Source: Nonlabens phage P12024L. Taken from it: a stretch of 32,000 nt of DNA. The translations under genes were made by a program, and so were the position numbers. The notes under the pieces are model-generated. The model saw nothing but the letters and a program-made list of their open reading frames with translations, had not been told where the DNA came from and searched no databases. Location of the stretch: sequence record JQ823123.1; one strand, 5' to 3'. Shown here one piece after another: positions 27,538 through 32,000 of this stretch (the stretch's first letter is position 1; every line of letters starts with the position of its first letter).

Positions 27538-29576
27538 AAATAAAAGTTGATACCTCTCAAGCAGAGGCTGGGGTTAAAAAGATAAATAAAGGTTTACAAA
27601 AGACAGAAAAAGAATCCAAAAAAGTTGGTGATTCTTCAAAAGCGGCTTTTGGTAAGTTAGATTCTTTAACTGGAGGAGCGATAAGTAAGGTAAAAGGGTT
27701 TACATCTAGTTTAAGCGGTGTAGCTACTGGTTTTAAAAGTATAGGCGCAGCTATTGCATTAAGTGGAATTGGGTTAATTCTTATAACCATAGCAGCTTTA
27801 ACTGCTGCTTTTAAAAACAGTGAAGCGGGGCAAAACAAGTTTGCTAAATTAATGGGTGTTATTGGTTCGGTTACTGGTAACGTTGTTGATGTTATCGCAA
27901 AAGTAGGAGAATTTATAATAGATGTTTTTTCAGGAGATTCAGGAGCTTTAAAATCATTAAAAGATTTTGGTTCTCAAATATTTGATATTATTGGGCTTCC
28001 TATCAAAAATGCAATTGATATAGTTAAGGCATTAGGAAGGGCTTTTCAAGCGTTAGGGAGTGGAGATATTAGTGGAGCTTTCGATGAATTAAAAAGCGGT
28101 GTAAGCGATGTTAAAGAAAACTTGCAAGAAGCGAAAAGCGCGGCAACAGATTTTTATGATACCGCAATACAAGGAAGTAAAGAATTTGTAAAGCAATTAC
28201 AAGAAGAGGCTAAAATTGCTGCTAACATAGCAGATCAAAGAGCAAAGGCTGACAAACTAGATAGAGATTTAATAGTTCAGAGAGCTGAATCAAACAGAAA
28301 GATAGCGGAACTAAGAGAAAAAGCGGCAAGGCGTGACTTATTTACAGACGCTCAAAGAAAACAGTTTTTAATAGAAGCATCAGAGCTTAACGAAAAGATT
28401 ACGAAACAAGAAATTGAAAGCGCAAGGCTAAGGCGTGACGCTATTGTAGAAGAAAACAAATTAAGCGGTTCAGGTAAAGAAGATTTAAAAGCTGAAGAAG
28501 AAGCTAAAGCTCGATTAATCGAACTTGAGACAAAAAGAATACAAACTCAAAGGCGATTAAGTACCGAAATAAGTACTATAAATACGGCAGCAGCAGCACA
28601 AGCAACGGCAGCAGTTAAAAAGCAAGAGCAAGATGCGGCTAAAAGTGAGGAGATAGAACGCAAAAGACTTGAATCAATATCAAAAGCACGTGAAAAGTTT
28701 CAAGATAATTTAGAAAATATTGAAGCAGACACAGAAGAAAAGAAATTAGAGCTAGAAAAACAACGAGCGCAAGAAGAACTAGATAGGTTAATAGGTACAG
28801 AAACCGAAAAGCAAGAAGCGCAATTAGCATTAGATGATTTATTTGATAAAAAAAGAGAAGAATTAAGGGAAAAGAGAGAGTTAGAAGAACAAGCTAGGAT
28901 AGATAAGATAGCAGAGTTAGGTAAATCAGAAGTTGAGATAGCTAGAGAAAAAGCAGCAGAATTAAGAGATCAAAGAATTGCTGAAATTGAAGAGCTAGTC
29001 GAAGATGAAGAAGAAAAATTTAGATTACTAGAAATTGTAAATAGAAAATACAAAGAAAAGATTCTAGATATAGATGAAAAAGCATCTGAAAAGCAAAAGG
29101 ATTATGATAGGATTGTAGCAGAAAACAAAAAGGCGTTAATTATAGACGGTCTCGCAATTGTTCAAAGCGAGTTAAAAAGAGGTAGTGCAGTAAGCAAAGG
29201 AATAGCAGCAGCGCAGACGATTTTCGATACTCAACAAGGAATTACAAGTGCATTAGCAGCAAAAGGAGCGGATCAATTATTGCCATTTCCTGTACGATTA
29301 GCAAACGCAGCTCTAGTTGGTATCAAAGGGGCTTTGGCTTTAAAGAACATTTTAAAAACAAACCCTATTTCAGCGGCTGGAGGAACGGCACAAAACAACG
29401 CTGGAGCAGCCGGAACACAAGCACCTGCATTTAATCTTACCGCTTCTAGTGGTGTAAATCAAATAGCTGGAGACGTGCAAGGCTCACAACCATTACGAGC
29501 TTTTGTAGTAGGTTCGGACGTTACTAATCAACAACAAATGGATCGTGATACTTTCGGTCAGGCTGGTCTGGGTTAG
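27516..29576 (+). CDS. Tail tape measure protein
   Basis: 686 aa; hydrophobic GVATGFKSIGAAIALSGIGLILITIAALTAAF, long Lys/Glu-rich coiled coil, Gly/Ala-rich C-terminus. Confidence 0.85.
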   Translation: MAIEKEIKIKVDTSQAEAGVKKINKGLQKTEKESKKVGDSSKAAFGKLDSLTGGAISKVKGFTSSLSGVATGFKSIGAAIALSGIGLILITIAALTAAFKNSEAGQNKFAKLMGVIGSVTGNVVDVIAKVGEFIIDVFSGDSGALKSLKDFGSQIFDIIGLPIKNAIDIVKALGRAFQALGSGDISGAFDELKSGVSDVKENLQEAKSAATDFYDTAIQGSKEFVKQLQEEAKIAANIADQRAKADKLDRDLIVQRAESNRKIAELREKAARRDLFTDAQRKQFLIEASELNEKITKQEIESARLRRDAIVEENKLSGSGKEDLKAEEEAKARLIELETKRIQTQRRLSTEISTINTAAAAQATAAVKKQEQDAAKSEEIERKRLESISKAREKFQDNLENIEADTEEKKLELEKQRAQEELDRLIGTETEKQEAQLALDDLFDKKREELREKRELEEQARIDKIAELGKSEVEIAREKAAELRDQRIAEIEELVEDEEEKFRLLEIVNRKYKEKILDIDEKASEKQKDYDRIVAENKKALIIDGLAIVQSELKRGSAVSKGIAAAQTIFDTQQGITSALAAKGADQLLPFPVRLANAALVGIKGALALKNILKTNPISAAGGTAQNNAGAAGTQAPAFNLTASSGVNQIAGDVQGSQPLRAFVVGSDVTNQQQMDRDTFGQAGLG

Positions 29577-29577
29577 A

Positions 29578-29626
29578 TACAACTAAGTATATAAGCCATT
29601 AAAACGGCTTATATACGCTTGTTGTA
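29578..29626. terminator. Strong two-part inverted repeat between convergent transcription units
   Basis: Outer TACAAC/GTTGTA; inner perfect 11-bp GTATATAAGCC-attaaaac-GGCTTATATAC. Confidence 0.6.
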
Positions 29627-29636
29627 AAACATATTG

Positions 29637-29876
29637 CTAATAAATGTATTCTCCACAATCAAGGCATTTGCTTTCATTCTTAAACCAGTACCTTTTATTC
29701 ACATCGTGCAAGCAATCCGATTTTACAACACCACATAAATTTAATTTCTCGGTTAGTTTATCATTTTTAAACTTTAAGATTGCATTGTCTCTACGCAAGT
29801 CCTTTAACTCTTTCATTACCTTTAAAACCTGTAACATTTTTTCACTTCCTTTAATTGTAATTGTTTTATTTGCCAT
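29637..29876 (-). CDS. Small protein with coiled coil and Cys cluster (79 aa)
   Basis: MANKTITIKGSEKMLQVLKVMKELKDLRRDNAILKF...CGVVKSDCLHDV...CLDCGEYIY. Confidence 0.6.
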   Translation of the reverse strand: MANKTITIKGSEKMLQVLKVMKELKDLRRDNAILKFKNDKLTEKLNLCGVVKSDCLHDVNKRYWFKNESKCLDCGEYIY

Positions 29877-29974
29877 TTTATTTGATTTTAATTCGAAACT
29901 AATTTTATCTGTAATACGTTGTGGTGCATTAAAACGTTCGCTTCGCCACCACAACACCACATATAAATTATAGC

Positions 29975-30166
29975 CTAAGTAGGTGCTTCATTTGATGGTT
30001 CTGGCGTATCATCTTTTTCTTTTATTTTTCCTCCCCAGGCTTTTAGGTGCGCAATTAAACTATCCACACTGCCTTGATATTTCTTTGGGCAACGAGTACG
30101 GGAAACGCTACTTTCGTTTCCCGCTAAATATCTACTCAATTCTACCCAGTTTATTAAATTTTCCAT
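29975..30166 (-). CDS. Small hypothetical protein
   Basis: 63 aa, adjoins the 30166..30396 gene. Confidence 0.5.
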   Translation of the reverse strand: MENLINWVELSRYLAGNESSVSRTRCPKKYQGSVDSLIAHLKAWGGKIKEKDDTPEPSNEAPT

Positions 30167-30396
30167 TAGTTCCAGTAGTTTCTTTTTCTACTTCCTTGAG
30201 TTCTTACGGCTTCGTTCATTTCGTCTGAGTCAATTGTATAAAATTCATCTTTGTAATCATCAAAAGTTTCCCAGCTATTTTCCCAGTTTTCAGAATGCTC
30301 TTTTGCATCTACATAAGCCATTGCTTCTTCTTGGCTATCAAATTCATTTACTACTTTGTTGTTGTTTGTTCCGTCAATTAAAAAATAAGTTTTCAT
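30166..30396 (-). CDS. Small acidic hypothetical protein
   Basis: 76 aa with a good promoter upstream. Confidence 0.6.
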   Translation of the reverse strand: MKTYFLIDGTNNNKVVNEFDSQEEAMAYVDAKEHSENWENSWETFDDYKDEFYTIDSDEMNEAVRTQGSRKRNYWN

Positions 30397-30432
30397 AATG
30401 TTTGTTTTAATTTCTATTGCTTTATTGCTCTA

Positions 30433-30462
30433 CAAATATACAAGGATTCTTGAAATAAACAA
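30433..30462 (-). promoter_or_regulatory. Minus-strand promoter, TTG-N19-TATATTTG
   Basis: CAAATATA at 30433-30440 and CAA at 30460-30462 on plus; 19-nt spacer. Confidence 0.65.
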
Positions 30463-30631
30463 CACTTTAAATGATAAATTTTCAAATATCCTTGAATTTT
30501 AACATTTGTAATGGGTTTTGCTACGCAATTTGCCATCGCTCAAAAAAATAAAAGAAAAAGTGTAGGTGCTTAATTCGGAAGTTTGGGCGTTCAACGGCTA
30601 CAATTCATATGCGTGGAACGTTACAAACAAT

Positions 30632-30763
30632 TTAAACGTTGAGCTCAAATTTAGGTTTTCCTCCATTTAACAACTCATAAGTATTATCAATATTGTTTTC
30701 ATAAATATGAGCATTACCTATAAAAAAGGTAATATTAGCTAAAGGAATATCTATTAGCTTTTT
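30632..30763 (-). pseudogene. C-terminal fragment of a thymidylate synthase-like protein
   Basis: Minus frame: KKLIDIPLANITFFIGNAHIYENNIDNTYELLNGGKPKFELNV*, preceded by an in-frame TGA and lacking a start. Confidence 0.6.
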
Positions 30764-31005
30764 TCATTTTCTTGTATTTTTAATACTACATAATTAAGGG
30801 ATATTTTATCTAAACCAACAGCTATATTGTCTTTACTGTCTGTTTTATATATTGACAAGAAATCTTCTTCAATTAAAATAGTATTTTCCCATCCAAATCC
30901 ATCAACCCATAAATGAGTTATTATTGTTTTATCTTTATTAACAGATAAAAAATTCTTATTTACATCTGTCAAATAGTTTTCAAAATCGTTTGTTTTTGCA
31001 CCCAT
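30754..31005 (-). CDS. Small hypothetical protein
   Basis: 83-aa ORF. Confidence 0.5.
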   Translation of the reverse strand: MGAKTNDFENYLTDVNKNFLSVNKDKTIITHLWVDGFGWENTILIEEDFLSIYKTDSKDNIAVGLDKISLNYVVLKIQENEKS

Positions 31006-31010
31006 AATTA

Positions 31011-31247
31011 TTATTTTAAGTTGTTTAAAAAATTAAATCTTTCTATTGCTGAATCTAAATCAAATCTTTTTACAGACTTTTTACCGTTAAGACTTTTAAT
31101 ATAGTAATAGTGATATGGTTCATAAACGGCTTTTTCTTCTGAGCAATCACAATAACCAAAACATTGACAGCTTATAGGGTTAATTCTATGCTTACCTTTA
31201 TACTCTTTAAGTATAGCCTTGTCCGATTGTTTTATAATTTTAATCAT
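31011..31247 (-). CDS. Small Cys-containing hypothetical protein
   Basis: 78 aa; NPISCQCFGYCDCSEEKAVYEPYHYYYIKSLNG. Confidence 0.55.
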   Translation of the reverse strand: MIKIIKQSDKAILKEYKGKHRINPISCQCFGYCDCSEEKAVYEPYHYYYIKSLNGKKSVKRFDLDSAIERFNFLNNLK

Positions 31248-31420
31248 TATTCTACTCCGTTTTCTTTAACATATTGATAATGACCTTCTAAGTCATAATA
31301 TTTTTGACAATATCCAGACTTAGTTAAAATATTGTGCATCTCACAAGCTATTCTATAAAGTTTACTTTCCTTTATGTCTTCTGCCATTTCTTCGGCTGTC
31401 ATATCCATAAAATTTTTCAT
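31247..31420 (-). CDS. 57-aa small ORF, not in the supplied track
   Basis: MKNFMDMTAEEMAEDIKESKLYRIACEMHNILTKSGYCQKYYDLEGHYQYVKENGVE*; TAATG overlap with the next gene. Confidence 0.6.
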   Translation of the reverse strand: MKNFMDMTAEEMAEDIKESKLYRIACEMHNILTKSGYCQKYYDLEGHYQYVKENGVE

Positions 31421-31430
31421 AATTATTTCT

Positions 31431-31526
31431 TTAAAGGTTTGTTATTTTTTCGCTTTCAATAAAGTTAATTAACTCTTTTAATTTTACTACTATTGATTCT
31501 TTTACTTGGTCTTGTGTTTTAATCAT
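31431..31526 (-). CDS. 31-aa small ORF, not in the supplied track
   Basis: MIKTQDQVKESIVVKLKELINFIESEKITNL*. Confidence 0.4.
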   Translation of the reverse strand: MIKTQDQVKESIVVKLKELINFIESEKITNL

Positions 31527-31701
31527 AATTGTTTTATTTTTTATTAATACTTAACTAATGCTAACAATGTATATAAAAAAGACGGTGTTCGTTGCTGTCT
31601 TCAAGGACTTTCAACTAAGACAAGGCAATTAACCTCCTTGTCGCACTGGTACGATACCGCCAATTTCATATACAAAACGTTAGCAACCGCCTAAAGACGT
31701 G

Positions 31702-31836
31702 CTACTCATTGTCTGCAACCTTGCAACCCTTAGAGCAGTATGTTTTACCGCTCGTAGGATTGCCGCAATGGTTGCAATTAGTTTCTTCTTGTTCCCAACT
31801 TGGGTGAGTATCTAAATCGTCAAACCAATCACTCAT
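31702..31836 (-). CDS. 44-aa zinc-ribbon-like small ORF, not in the supplied track
   Basis: MSDWFDDLDTHPSWEQEETNCNHCGNPTSGKTYCSKGCKVADNE*; ATGA overlap with the upstream ORF. Confidence 0.6.
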   Translation of the reverse strand: MSDWFDDLDTHPSWEQEETNCNHCGNPTSGKTYCSKGCKVADNE

Positions 31837-32000
31837 GGCATATCGTTTTGCATGTCTTGAGCTAATTCGGTTAGCCCTAAATCCGTAGCGGCATCAATTA
31901 ACCATTCTCCGCTGTGTGTGATATAGTCTTGTTCTAAATCGATACTGTCAAACTTGTCTCGGATCAATTCGGTTAGTAAATCTTTTGTTGTGTCTTTCAT
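31833..32000 (-). CDS. Small acidic protein (at least 55 aa), at the window edge
   Basis: MKDTTKDLLTELIRDKFDSIDLEQDYITHSGEWLIDAATDLGLTELAQDMQNDMP*; it may extend beyond the edge. Confidence 0.5.
   Translation of the reverse strand: MKDTTKDLLTELIRDKFDSIDLEQDYITHSGEWLIDAATDLGLTELAQDMQNDMP

Noticed and set aside
29644-29973. Tracked 109-aa plus ORF
   Set aside because: Antisense to the 79-aa minus gene with a coiled coil and Cys cluster; the plus version is Ser/Phe/Leu-rich shadow sequence.
31560-31684. Calling the GCTAAC/GTTAGC element a true integron attC site
   Set aside because: Neighbouring bases do not match the RYYYAAC/GTTRRRY cores exactly and no integron integrase is present.
1-32000. 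CRISPR array, tRNA or rRNA genes, retron, integrase or transposase
   Set aside because: No regularly spaced repeats, tRNA-like cloverleaf, reverse transcriptase or recombinase motifs were seen on reading; no scanning tool was run, so weak cases could be missed.

Overview
The window is an AT-rich segment of a tailed, siphovirus-like phage or prophage from a Flavobacteriia/Bacteroidetes-type host. Host type is inferred from TAnnTTTG-type -7 boxes and protein style. Plus strand, left to right: a portal protein open to the left edge, head-tail connector genes, a modular tail/adhesin protein, an M15-peptidase/holin lysis module, and a recombination module (ERF, DUF3127/SSB-like, YqaJ exonuclease). 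These are followed by a VirE-type primase/helicase, a DNA-modification cassette, a DEAD/DEAH helicase, VRR-NUC, a sigma factor, terminase, and tail genes ending in a tape measure. A cluster of small minus-strand genes occupies the right end. The main candidate system is at 12.69-15.15 kb: a small ORF, a TET/JBP-family 2OG-Fe(II) dioxygenase, a TET-associated GT-A-like glycosyltransferase, and a DPPY amino-methyltransferase, with no C5-cytosine methyltransferase in the window. Other observations: a 5-nt insertion that breaks the Walker A motif of the helicase; a T9 slippery run joining two overlapping ORFs after terL; a motif at a near-fixed distance before several plus-strand ATGs, mostly where short minus-strand genes interrupt the plus operon; a repeat-rich intergenic region ahead of the modification cassette; and a C-terminal thymidylate-synthase-like remnant. 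All family names are from reading protein motifs by eye; no database search was run.
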